Positions 39,048-48,381 of a stretch of DNA of 64,000 nt are shown here, piece after piece. The stretch's first letter is position 1. The number at the start of each line of letters is the position of its first letter. This DNA is from an uncultured Verrucomicrobiaceae bacterium (GTDB lineage Bacteria > Verrucomicrobiota > Verrucomicrobiia > Methylacidiphilales > CAYYVW01), in assembly GCA_964473925.1 (NCBI GenBank), contig CAYYVW010000007.1:37205-101204 (forward strand), in the 5' to 3' direction. Below the pieces are notes generated by a model. That model was not told the origin of the DNA. It ran no database searches and worked only from the letters and a program-made list of their open reading frames with translations. The translations under genes were made by a program, and so were the position numbers.

Positions 39048-42000
39048 ATGGCACAGCGGCAAGGTCTTGGAATGCGTAGCGGCCGGATGTGCGCATTGAG
39101 TGGACGTGCGGCTGAAGCATTCACCCGTAGAGACTGGACCGCCTTTCTAATCGTCGCCCTTATCAGTTTTGCGACCTATCTTTATACCCTTGCGCCCAGT
39201 GTAACCCTCGAAGATGCGGGTGAGCTCATCACCGGCGCAGTCCAATTCGGTGTCCCACACCCCCCCGGTTATCCGCTCTGGTCCCTTTTCAGCTTTTTCT
39301 TCAGCCATTGGATCTTGCCATTAGGAAATTGGGCATGGCGCATCAACGTCGTTTCGGCGGTCTTTGGCGCATTGGCCAGCGGACTAGTCGCTTTACTCGC
39401 AAGTCATTCAACCCGATGGCTTTTGGATTCTTGGATTAAGCAGCGCGAGAATTCAATTTCAGAAAGTGAAAGCAGCCCAGATTATAAGCAATTCTTTGAT
39501 TATCAATGGATTACACAAACTAGCTTTTTTGCTGCCATTGCCAGCGGCCTGATCATCGCCTGGAGTGATGTCATGTGGAGCCAATCCGTGATTGCGGAGG
39601 TCTACACGCTAAATGCCTTCTTCCTAATGTCCACGTTGACAACGTTTTATAGATGGGTTCGCTCTCCGGGCCAGACACGATGGCTCCTAGCCAGCGTCCT
39701 CGTCTTCAGCCTGGGACTGACTAATCACCATACCCTGATTATCTTGCTACCGGCCTTTGTCCTAGCCGTTGGTTGGATCCGACCGAGGCTCTTCCCCAGC
39801 TTCCTAGTCGGACTGACCCTTTTCGGACTTTCAGCCCTGACCGTCCTGACATGGTACTCTCAGTTTGATGATCCGACCAATCCAGCTCTAGAGCAAACTA
39901 CACAACGCGTTGCAGCTGCAGCTCTTATATTCATCTTAGGACTCGGAATTTGGCACTGTCGCCGCTTCTCGTTTCGAAGCGCTCTCCTGGGGGGAATTCT
40001 CGCTGCCATCGTGTGGATTGCCGGAAATTTCCTCCTAGGCGGTAATCTGGAAATCCAGACGCTGGTTGGCTGGTCTTTGTTGGGCCTTGGGATCTTGGCT
40101 CTGGGCGCGCTCTGCACCTCTCGCCTACGACTGCAATTCATCGGCCGCCTTTTCTTACTGGGATGGATCGGGCTCCTTCCGTACGCGTACATGCCATTCG
40201 CATCGAGCACCAACCCCCCGATGAACTGGGGCTTCGCTTCGAGTCGCGGTGGATTTTACAACGCCTTCAATCGCGGCCAGTACGACAACAACCTCGCCGC
40301 GACCCTCGTCAAAACAGTCGGCCGAGTGGCAGGCGCGGATCAAGGTCTGTTACCCAAAGCGGTTTCCAATACCCAGTATGGAAATTGGACGAGCGCCGTT
40401 TCTGCGATTTTTTCTTACTGGCACAGTCTGGAAGAAAATTTTTCGCTCTTGGTAATCTTGGCGATTCTTCCCGCGCTTTACCTCGGCTGGCGAGTGCGTC
40501 GCGAAGTCCGCAGCTGGCTAGTCTTCCTGCTGCTCGCGTTCCTTTCCGTAGCCTTCTTGCTGAGCTTGCTTTATCCACCTTTAGATCTGGACCGGCAACT
40601 GCTCTGGATCGGCAAGACGTTTAACCTGCAATCACACTGCCTTTTTGCGCTCGGTTTGTCGTATGGATTGGGGGCAGGGCTTTGTCTTTTGCTCGTCTAT
40701 CTCAAGGAGGGGAAAGATGACGCATCCCTCAAATTATCAAATTTCGAAGTACTCTCTCGACTAGGAGTTTGTCTGTTCCTGGCCATTAGCTTCATTCCGC
40801 TCTGCATCAACCTGAACCAATGCAGCCAACGGGGGCACTGGTTTGGATGGCGGTATGGCTATGAGCTGCTCCACAGCCGAGAGCCCGGCGCGGTCATTTT
40901 CGGCGGGACGGATGCCGGCCGGTTTATTCCCACCTACATGATTTTCTGCGAGTCGCAGCAACCCGCGCGATGGAAGCGCGACGCCAATTTTGACCGGCGG
41001 GATCTTTACATCATCACTCAAAACGCGCTCGCGAGCACCCATTACCTCAATTACATCCGTTTTCATTACGACGCCCGCTGGCGGCCGACAGAATGGAACG
41101 CGTTCGAGCGCTGGCTGGGCCGTGATCACCAGTACCCGACGCAGTCCCTCTCACTTCCTGATACCGATGACTGGACGCGCGCCCTGCAACAACTCACCGC
41201 CCAACAAAGCAGCCGGACTCAGAATGGGCAGTCCGCCTGGAGCGGGATTGAAGAAATCTTCGCTTTCAACGGCCTGCTGGCGCGGCATATTTTTGAATCC
41301 AATAAGCTCAAACACGCTTTCTACGTTGAAGAAAGCATGGCGATTCCGTGGATGTACGATTATGCCGTTCCGGCGGGCGCGCTGCTCAAGCTCACGCCTC
41401 AATTTCATCCGCCGCTCACACCGGAAATTTTTGCTAGTGACCGCGCTTATTGGACGCCGCTGATTGACGAGCTAGTTGCCGACCCGCGCTTCTCTTTGGA
41501 TCCGCCGGCTCAAGGGGCTTTTGCGAAACTCCGCCTCGCGATCGGCAATCTTTACCGCAATCGCGGTTTTTTGAAGGAAGCCGAGCACGCCTATCGAGAC
41601 GCCCTACGCCTCGACGCCGCCCATCCCGAGGCGACGCTTCAACTTTCGGAGCTGCTGCAAAATCAAAAGCGATTTGAGGAAGCGGTCGTCGTCGTCCAAA
41701 ACGCGTTGGCGCTCGACCCCAACAACCGGCATTTCCAGAATGGGCTGACAGTCCTGTTTTCAATAAAGGGACAAGCGGAACGGCTCGATTCCCTGGAAGC
41801 GGCGCTTAAGGAAAAGCCCGCGCAGGTTGATTTGCATGACCAGCGCCTTTCAATTCTCTGGAGCCTCCGTAAAGACGCCGCGTACGAACAAGCACTGAGC
41901 GAGGCTCTGGAACGCCTTGCTCCAGAAAATATTCCGGCGGAAATTTTGCGCAACTGGATCGACCACTTATTTTTGATGGGGCGGCGATCGGGCGCGCTTC

Positions 42001-42338
42001 GCATTTTATCGCGCTATCACGCGCGCGCACCCGGCAACTTGGACGTGATGTATAACCTCGGAATGCTGCAAGTGCAGGAGGGGGCTTTTTCTCGGGCCTT
42101 GCCTCTCTTGAGTCAATTTGCGCGATCCGCGCCCGAAGCCTTCGCGGATGCACTGCGACGCGATGCGCGCTGGAAAAGCTTCGGCGCAAACCCTGAATTT
42201 AGGCGGCAGTTCGCAGGGTTGCTGGCTGCGACACCACGATCGGCCGGCGGAAAAAATGAAGCGGGTGCCCGCACCAATACCACCCCCTCGTCTCAGCCTG
42301 CCGCCATCTCGTTGCCGCCGATAGTTCCGCTGCCTTAA
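39048..42338 (+). CDS. DUF2723 (TMEM260-like, GT-C fold) membrane glycosyltransferase with C-terminal TPR domain
   Basis: 1096 aa. The N-terminal signature YLYTLAPSVTLEDAGELITGAVQFGVPHPPGYPLW is characteristic of DUF2723. Many TM segments follow. C-terminal TPR-like repeats include AEHAYRDALRLDAAHPEATLQLSELLQNQKRFEEAVVVVQNALALDPNN. The start could be Met1, Met9 or Met14. Confidence 0.8.
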   Translation: MAQRQGLGMRSGRMCALSGRAAEAFTRRDWTAFLIVALISFATYLYTLAPSVTLEDAGELITGAVQFGVPHPPGYPLWSLFSFFFSHWILPLGNWAWRINVVSAVFGALASGLVALLASHSTRWLLDSWIKQRENSISESESSPDYKQFFDYQWITQTSFFAAIASGLIIAWSDVMWSQSVIAEVYTLNAFFLMSTLTTFYRWVRSPGQTRWLLASVLVFSLGLTNHHTLIILLPAFVLAVGWIRPRLFPSFLVGLTLFGLSALTVLTWYSQFDDPTNPALEQTTQRVAAAALIFILGLGIWHCRRFSFRSALLGGILAAIVWIAGNFLLGGNLEIQTLVGWSLLGLGILALGALCTSRLRLQFIGRLFLLGWIGLLPYAYMPFASSTNPPMNWGFASSRGGFYNAFNRGQYDNNLAATLVKTVGRVAGADQGLLPKAVSNTQYGNWTSAVSAIFSYWHSLEENFSLLVILAILPALYLGWRVRREVRSWLVFLLLAFLSVAFLLSLLYPPLDLDRQLLWIGKTFNLQSHCLFALGLSYGLGAGLCLLLVYLKEGKDDASLKLSNFEVLSRLGVCLFLAISFIPLCINLNQCSQRGHWFGWRYGYELLHSREPGAVIFGGTDAGRFIPTYMIFCESQQPARWKRDANFDRRDLYIITQNALASTHYLNYIRFHYDARWRPTEWNAFERWLGRDHQYPTQSLSLPDTDDWTRALQQLTAQQSSRTQNGQSAWSGIEEIFAFNGLLARHIFESNKLKHAFYVEESMAIPWMYDYAVPAGALLKLTPQFHPPLTPEIFASDRAYWTPLIDELVADPRFSLDPPAQGAFAKLRLAIGNLYRNRGFLKEAEHAYRDALRLDAAHPEATLQLSELLQNQKRFEEAVVVVQNALALDPNNRHFQNGLTVLFSIKGQAERLDSLEAALKEKPAQVDLHDQRLSILWSLRKDAAYEQALSEALERLAPENIPAEILRNWIDHLFLMGRRSGALRILSRYHARAPGNLDVMYNLGMLQVQEGAFSRALPLLSQFARSAPEAFADALRRDARWKSFGANPEFRRQFAGLLAATPRSAGGKNEAGARTNTTPSSQPAAISLPPIVPLP

Positions 42339-42435
42339 AACGTATTGAGCATCCCAGCCTCCACGGGATGTACCGCCGGAGCTTGCTCTGGCGCGAAGGC
42401 GGATGGTAGTCTGACACCCATTCCTCGATAGCGCC

Positions 42436-44037
42436 ATGAATTCAAGCCATTCGCATGAATCAATCGCTCAGGTTATCCCTGCGGTTGGCCCTATTGGCAC
42501 ATACCGCAAACGGACGATCTTCCTTCTGTTTGTCCTTCTGTTGATTCGTTTTTGGCTTAGCCAGACTTTTGAACTGACGGGGCAGGAAGCTTATTACTGG
42601 ATGATGAGTCGTCCTGACGGGCTCGATTGGGGGTATCTGGACGTTGGCGCGGTGGTTCCGTGGTTGATTCGACTGGGCACTTGGATGTTTCAGAACACTG
42701 AGATGGGGGTGCGCTGGATTGCCACAAACGCTTTCATTGGCGTGGGCTTTATTCTCTTTTACGTCGTGCGCGCCTGGTTTGGGTCGCGGGCGGGTTTTTG
42801 GACGACGGTGGCGTTTTGCGTGATGCCGCTGCACGCGTGGCACATGCTGCTCATGACGCCGGCGACACTCAGCACCGCCTGGATGGCGCTGGCGTTGCTC
42901 ACCTACCGAGAGGCAGTGCAGGGCGGGCGCGTCGGCTGGTGGATCGCGGCGGGACTCGTGTCGGCCGTCGCGGTCCTAACCTCGTGGATCAACTTTCTGT
43001 GGCCCCTGGGATTGGCGGCCTATTTGTTCTTTGAACCGTCGCAACAACATTGGCTCAAGCGGGTCTCGTTCTGGATTTTCGCGGCAATTTCTCTCGCGGC
43101 GTGGATCCCGATCGCGCTCTGGATGCAGCGGCCAGACGTGCAAGATGTGCGCCTATTGCACGATGTGGCGCTGGCGCAGGTTCATCACCCGTTTTCGCTT
43201 TTCCAGGGCGTTCATTTTCTCTGGGATCAGATTTGGCTCTGCAGCCCGCTCTTCTTTATCTTGCTCGCGTTTGCGGTCCTGCACGTGCTTCGCTCCCGCG
43301 CCAAAGCTGAGGCACACCGAATGCTCTTGTGGTTAGCAGTGCCAGCCTGGGTGCTTCAATGGGCGGCGAGCCTCTTTGGCCTGCATCAACCGGCAGCACT
43401 GGCTCCGCTTTACCTGCCGCTTTTGGTCTTAGCGGTCCATGTTGCCGTTGAATTCTTTGATCGCCACCGCCGTACCGCCTGGCTGGGCTTGGTATTACTC
43501 GCGCTGACGCTGACCCAAACTATTGCGGGGCTCATGCCCGGCGTATTTGTCCATCCCGCGTTCAACCCCGGGCTTTACCAATCCTGGTCCTGGCGCGCCG
43601 TGGCGGAAGAAGGACACCGCCTCAAGCGCGAGAAAGGCGCCACCTTCTTCCTCGCAACGGCGCCCGAAACCGCCGGCGCTCTCTCTTTCTACCTGCCGCA
43701 ACAGCCGCCGGTGTACTTGGTGCATGATAAACAGCGTGAACTCTCCCAGTTTGATTTCTGGCCCGACTACCGCGACTTCTCCAATGACGAAGCGATTTTG
43801 ATTCTACCCACACCAGAGCCTGTCCCCGCGGCGATGCATGAATTCGGCGCGGTTGAGCCCATCGTGGACGTCTTCCTGCCAGATCCAACGCGGGAACAGT
43901 GGGCCTTCTACTTTGGGCAGAACTACGGTGGCGCAGCCGATCCAGCACCGGAGGGAGCTGCAGCTGATGATTCAGATGCCGGCGCGACCGAAAAACTCCC
44001 GCATTCCAAGCACGGGAAACGCAAGCACGCTGACTAG
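42436..44037 (+). CDS. GT39/ArnT-like (PMT_2-type, GT-C fold) membrane glycosyltransferase
   Basis: 533 aa and polytopic. First-loop motif LTGQEAYYWMMSRPDGLDWGYLDVGAVVPW resembles the DEAYYW/WGY pattern of ArnT/dolichyl-phosphate-mannose transferase-like enzymes. Confidence 0.7.
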   Translation: MNSSHSHESIAQVIPAVGPIGTYRKRTIFLLFVLLLIRFWLSQTFELTGQEAYYWMMSRPDGLDWGYLDVGAVVPWLIRLGTWMFQNTEMGVRWIATNAFIGVGFILFYVVRAWFGSRAGFWTTVAFCVMPLHAWHMLLMTPATLSTAWMALALLTYREAVQGGRVGWWIAAGLVSAVAVLTSWINFLWPLGLAAYLFFEPSQQHWLKRVSFWIFAAISLAAWIPIALWMQRPDVQDVRLLHDVALAQVHHPFSLFQGVHFLWDQIWLCSPLFFILLAFAVLHVLRSRAKAEAHRMLLWLAVPAWVLQWAASLFGLHQPAALAPLYLPLLVLAVHVAVEFFDRHRRTAWLGLVLLALTLTQTIAGLMPGVFVHPAFNPGLYQSWSWRAVAEEGHRLKREKGATFFLATAPETAGALSFYLPQQPPVYLVHDKQRELSQFDFWPDYRDFSNDEAILILPTPEPVPAAMHEFGAVEPIVDVFLPDPTREQWAFYFGQNYGGAADPAPEGAAADDSDAGATEKLPHSKHGKRKHAD

Positions 44038-44058
44038 GCAAACTTACCGAAGGGCGCG

Positions 44059-45006
44059 CTATTTCTGTCGCATGTTAATATCGAAGAGCGACGAGACGGA
44101 CGTGCCGTCGTGAATCCGCTTGATCGCTTCACCGAGCATCTCGGCCACAGAGAGCACTGTCAGCTTGAGGCCGGGCACTGGCTCGAGCGGACAGGAGTTG
44201 GTCGTGATGAGCTCATCGAGCGCAGAATCCTTAAGCCGCTCGATCGCGATATCGGTCAGGATCGTGTGGCTCACGCCTGCGAAGACGCGCCGCGCGCCTT
44301 CTTCCTTCACCTTCGCCGCAGCGGCGCAAAGCGTGCCAGCTGTCTCGGTCAAGTCGTCGACGAGCAGGACGTCCTTGCCCGCCACTTCGCCCACGACAAA
44401 CTGCGCTTCGATATCCGTCGCACTCACGCGCTTTTTAGTGACGATCGCAAGGCCCGCGTTGAGCATCTGCGAGTAGGCCAGCGCCATCTTCATCCCGCCC
44501 ACGTCGGGCGAAACGACTACCAGGTTATCGAGCTTTTTCTCCGCCAGATACCGGTAGATAACCGGCGCGGCGTAGAGGTGATCAACCGGAATATCAAAGA
44601 ACCCCTGAATCTGCTGCGCGTGCAAGTCCATCGTCAGCACGCGATCAACGCCCGCAGCGACGAGTAGGTTGGCCACGAGCTTGGCCGTGATCGGAACGCG
44701 CGGCTGGTCCTTGCGATCCTGCCGGGCGTAGCCGTAGAACGGAATGACCGCCGTCGTGCGTGTCGCGCTGGCCCGCCGCGCTGCGTCGATCAGGATCAGC
44801 AGCTCCATCAAATTCTGGTTCGTCGGCGGGCACGTCGGCTGAACGATGAACACGTCCCGGCCGCGGACGTTCTCCTGGATTTGCACGCGCGTCTCGCCAT
44901 CCGGGAACGTCGCCACGTCCGCTTCGCCCAGCGGCACGCCGACGTACTTGGCGATATCCTCCGCCAGCTTGCGATGCGCCGTTCCGGTAAAAATCTTCGG
45001 CTCCAT
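44059..45006 (-). CDS. prs: Ribose-phosphate pyrophosphokinase
   Basis: 315 aa. YGYARQDRK, VVSPDVGG, PRPP loop LLVDDLTETAGT. Confidence 0.95.
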   Translation of the reverse strand: MEPKIFTGTAHRKLAEDIAKYVGVPLGEADVATFPDGETRVQIQENVRGRDVFIVQPTCPPTNQNLMELLILIDAARRASATRTTAVIPFYGYARQDRKDQPRVPITAKLVANLLVAAGVDRVLTMDLHAQQIQGFFDIPVDHLYAAPVIYRYLAEKKLDNLVVVSPDVGGMKMALAYSQMLNAGLAIVTKKRVSATDIEAQFVVGEVAGKDVLLVDDLTETAGTLCAAAAKVKEEGARRVFAGVSHTILTDIAIERLKDSALDELITTNSCPLEPVPGLKLTVLSVAEMLGEAIKRIHDGTSVSSLFDINMRQK

Positions 45007-45237
45007 GCCGGGGAGACTTTGGCAGCCTCAAGGACGAAGGCAAGGAGGAAGAACTCGCAAAGCTTTCTACCGCCTCCGGAGGCATTCGCCCCCAGCCACC
45101 GGAACGCACGCATCAGCCTGAACGTCACCGAGCAAGGCTTCGACGCCTTCCGCAAAATGGGCAAACGCACCGGCGTCGGCCATCAGCAACTCATGCGCGG
45201 AATGAGGGAAGAAACTGAAGGCGGCGTAAGCTCGCCA

Positions 45238-45561
45238 ATGGTTTGGATTTGCTTGGGCAAATTAAATTGGTACACCTTTGTTGTGAAGCACCGCACATTT
45301 TGGACGGCTCTTATTCTAACCAACCTTGTTTGTGCATGTAGTTCTGTTCCTATAACAATGGTCAAGTTACCAGACGGAAGCACCGGGTATTCAGTCGTCG
45401 CAAATAAATTTATTTATGAAGCCGGACAAAATATTTCTCCGGAAGAATTAATTAAAAAAAGAGTGCGTGATTATGGTCGATTGAAAGACCGGGAAATAGA
45501 AATCATTGAATATCATTATATCAATGATGGCATGATCGAAGCTCTAGTGAAGGCAAAATAA
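45238..45561 (+). CDS. Small AT-rich putative lipoprotein / exported protein
   Basis: ATG at 45238. An alternative GTG at 45283 gives a cleaner signal (V)KHRTFWTALILTNLVCAC-SS. The coding sequence is far more AT-rich than its flanks. It ends 1 nt before the AAA+ gene. No family recognised. Confidence 0.5.
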   Translation: MVWICLGKLNWYTFVVKHRTFWTALILTNLVCACSSVPITMVKLPDGSTGYSVVANKFIYEAGQNISPEELIKKRVRDYGRLKDREIEIIEYHYINDGMIEALVKAK

Positions 45562-45562
45562 C

Positions 45563-46876
45563 ATGCCCCAACCCCTTTTCGCCAACGCGTCGCTCTTTAC
45601 GCCGCCGGAGCCGGAGTCGCTCGAGACACTCGATATCAACCCGACGACGCTCGAGGGGATTATCCTGCGCCTGCTTCACATGAATACGACGATGGTCGCG
45701 CACGAGATCGCCGACACGGTCTGCCTCCCATTCTTTAACGTCGTCGAGCCGATCCTCAACAGCTTGCGCGAAATGCGCTACGTGGAGATCACTAAGGGGG
45801 AACTCGCCGCGGTCTCCTACCACTACACGATCAGCGACGCCGGCCGCGCCCGGGCGCTGCAGTACTTTGAGATGACCAGTTACGTGGGCCCAGCGCCGGT
45901 CTCGATTAATGCTTACAATAAGTCCGTACAGGAACAATCCTTGGCCAACATCACCGTCAACGCGCAGCGACTGCGGGAGGCGTTCGAGGGCCTCGTCTTC
46001 CACGAATCGATCCTGGACCAGATCGGCCCCGCGGTAAATTCAGGCCGGTCGATCTTCCTGTACGGCCCACCCGGGAATGGGAAAACGTCGATCTGTGAGC
46101 GGATCGTTCAGTCGTTCGGCGGCGCGATTTTTATCCCGACCTGCGTGGAGGTCTCAGGGCAAATCATCCGAATTTTCGACGAGTACAACCACAAGCCAAT
46201 CGCGCCCGGCGGCGACATGCGGCTGGAGAGCAAGTACGACCGCCGCTTCCGGCTGATCGAGCGGCCCATCATCGTCGTGGGCGGCGAGCTGACGATGGAA
46301 AGCCTGGACCTCATCTGGAATCAGGAGTCAAAGTTCTACGAGGCGCCGTTCCAGATGAAGGCCAACGGCGGCGCGTTCATGGTCGACGACTTTGGCCGGC
46401 AACGCGTCGAGCCCAAGGTGCTGCTCAACCGGTGGATCGTGCCGCTGGAAAAGCGGATCGACTTTTTGACGCTCCACACCGGCACCAAGATTGAAATCCC
46501 GTTCGACGAGCTCATCGTTTTTTCCACGAACCTCAATCCGCGCGACTTGGTGGATGAGGCGTTCCTGCGGCGCATCCGGTATAAAATTCCGATCAACGAC
46601 CCAACGCCGGAGCAGTTCCGCGAAATCTGGAAGCTCGTCAGCCGCGGTAAAAAAGTCCCGTACGCGGACGAGGTGGTCGACTACTTCATCCAGAAACATA
46701 TCGAGCCCCAGGGCCGGCCGCTGCGCGGGTGCTTGCCGCGGGACATCCTCGATCACGTCGTCGATGCGTGCCGGTTCGAGCAGAAGGAGATTACCCTCAC
46801 ACCCGCGCGGATCGACGAAGCCGCCCGCGCGTATTTTGTCAAATTCGACGACGCCGGGTATAAGCTGGTCGCTTAG
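45563..46876 (+). CDS. AAA+ ATPase with N-terminal winged-helix-like domain
   Basis: 437 aa. Walker A LYGPPGNGKTS, Walker B-like AFMVDDFGRQ (DD, no Glu), sensor-1 VFSTNLNP, Arg-finger region VDEAFLRRIRYKI. About 100 aa separate Walker A and B, which is unusually long. Confidence 0.8.
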   Translation: MPQPLFANASLFTPPEPESLETLDINPTTLEGIILRLLHMNTTMVAHEIADTVCLPFFNVVEPILNSLREMRYVEITKGELAAVSYHYTISDAGRARALQYFEMTSYVGPAPVSINAYNKSVQEQSLANITVNAQRLREAFEGLVFHESILDQIGPAVNSGRSIFLYGPPGNGKTSICERIVQSFGGAIFIPTCVEVSGQIIRIFDEYNHKPIAPGGDMRLESKYDRRFRLIERPIIVVGGELTMESLDLIWNQESKFYEAPFQMKANGGAFMVDDFGRQRVEPKVLLNRWIVPLEKRIDFLTLHTGTKIEIPFDELIVFSTNLNPRDLVDEAFLRRIRYKIPINDPTPEQFREIWKLVSRGKKVPYADEVVDYFIQKHIEPQGRPLRGCLPRDILDHVVDACRFEQKEITLTPARIDEAARAYFVKFDDAGYKLVA

Positions 46877-46942
46877 GCGGGCGGCGGCTTAAGATTAACA
46901 TTGTCGCGCTTTTGTGCGGCTGGCATACAGGCTCTCCACGCC

Positions 46943-47671
46943 GTGAAAAAATTGAATCTCTGCCGCTGCTTTTGTCTGAGCTTGGGACTGGTCTTGAGCC
47001 TTTGGGCACTGCCTGTCCGCGTCGCTGCGGCCGATTCCATCCCCCGCGAAACGATCATTATTTCCGGCGGTCCGGCGCTGCGGTATTTTGAGCGCGGCAA
47101 GCGCAACTCGCACGATAAGTCGTGGCGCAACTTTATTGTCGCCGCAGAGCTCCAAATTAAAAAACTGCAGCCGACCACCCAGGCTGGAGATCGCATCACA
47201 TGGATGGTTTTCCGCCCCGGCTACCAGACCCGCGCTCAAGAAGAACAGGACAAGGTGCTCGAGGAAATCAAAGCGAAGGCTGCCGCGCTGAAAGTCGACC
47301 TTCTCTGGTTTGATACGACCGATCAACTCGTCAACTACTTGAATAGCGGCCAGGATCGCCGCCGAATGCCGATCGGACGCTTCGATTATTTCGGCCACTC
47401 CAACCGCGCGTGTTTTCTTTTTGATTACAGCAATCATGTAGATGGCCTCTCGACCATGTACCTGCACGAGAACCAGCTCGCGCGCATCCGGCAAAACGCT
47501 TTTGCCAAGGACGCCACTGCGCAAAGCTGGGGCTGTCATTCGGGAGAATCCTACAGCGCGGCGTGGCGCAAGCGTTTCGGCACGCCAATGCTCGGCGCAA
47601 TTGGGAAGACCGATTACTCCAACGGCGCGTTGCCGACCCTGTCGAGATCCGTCGGAAGGTGGACGCAGTGA
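46943..47671 (+). CDS. Exported hypothetical protein (His...Cys dyad, possibly caspase/clan-CD-like fold)
   Basis: The ORF is open from TTG at 46901. The GTG at 46943 gives the signal peptide (V)KKLNLCRCFCLSLGLVLSLWALPVRVAAA-DS. Contains FDYFGHSN and, about 45 aa later, QSWGCHSGES. Confidence 0.55.
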   Translation: MKKLNLCRCFCLSLGLVLSLWALPVRVAAADSIPRETIIISGGPALRYFERGKRNSHDKSWRNFIVAAELQIKKLQPTTQAGDRITWMVFRPGYQTRAQEEQDKVLEEIKAKAAALKVDLLWFDTTDQLVNYLNSGQDRRRMPIGRFDYFGHSNRACFLFDYSNHVDGLSTMYLHENQLARIRQNAFAKDATAQSWGCHSGESYSAAWRKRFGTPMLGAIGKTDYSNGALPTLSRSVGRWTQ

Positions 47672-48381
47672 AGCGCTTATTCGCCGTTCTTCTGATTGTT
47701 GCGATTTCAGGCGCGGGAGCTTTCGCGCAGCAAACCAATGCGGCTGCGCCCATTCCCATCCAACCATTGGCGACTCCTTCCACCAACGCGCCGGCTCCAG
47801 CCAAGAAAGAACATAGCGCGCCCACTCAGCCGTCAACCAATGCTCCAGCTGCAATTGCGGTAAAACCTTCGACGAACGCGGCCCCCGCTGTAGCCGCAAA
47901 TCCTACGGCCTCCGCCCAGCCTTCCAAGCCGCGGCCCGAGCCGCGCGTGCCGGTAAAGCTCACACCGCCGCCGGAGTTTGCCGAGCCCGTCTACGTTGCG
48001 CATCGATACTACGAAGAAAAAGGGGCTGGCTGGGGCTGGATCAAAAAACTGAAAGAATCCTGGTCGAGCGCCAAATGGGTTGCCCTACAAGAGACCCCCG
48101 GCAAAGCGGTGGCGCCGTGGCGCCGCAGCGGCGATCGGCAATCCGATCACAATTACGAATACCGCTTCTATGGGGTTTTCGCATCCTACTTGGCTTACGA
48201 TCCGCACCGGGATGAAACGATGCCGGTTTTTATCCTAAAGGGATACGAACCGATCGGGGAGGCGCCCGCGCTCGGTCGCAAGCCCGGGCCGCCAATGCGC
48301 TTTACCCGCTCCAAGAAAAGCGGCGCTTCTTCGCGCAGCGACCGACCGGTGCTCGGCAGCGGGGATGAGGATTGGTTCTAA
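47668..48381 (+). CDS. Exported Pro/Ala-rich protein with PSTNA repeats
   Basis: The GTG at 47668 overlaps the upstream stop (GTGA). Signal (V)KRLFAVLLIVAISGAGAFA-QQ. Three PSTNA(P/A) repeats are followed by a globular Trp/Tyr-rich C-domain. Confidence 0.5.
   Translation: MKRLFAVLLIVAISGAGAFAQQTNAAAPIPIQPLATPSTNAPAPAKKEHSAPTQPSTNAPAAIAVKPSTNAAPAVAANPTASAQPSKPRPEPRVPVKLTPPPEFAEPVYVAHRYYEEKGAGWGWIKKLKESWSSAKWVALQETPGKAVAPWRRSGDRQSDHNYEYRFYGVFASYLAYDPHRDETMPVFILKGYEPIGEAPALGRKPGPPMRFTRSKKSGASSRSDRPVLGSGDEDWF

Noticed and set aside
44881-45018. Start of the 226-aa plus-strand ORF inside prs
   Set aside because: This portion is antisense to the conserved prs N-terminus. Only the part downstream of prs (from about 45019) is considered, and only as a low-confidence possibility.
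46895-47899. 334-aa minus-strand ORF covering the region of the two exported-protein genes
   Set aside because: It is antisense to two plus-strand ORFs that have clean signal peptides, a GTGA coupling junction and protein-like composition. Its own translation is Arg/Ala/Gly-rich and featureless, typical of a shadow ORF in GC-rich DNA.
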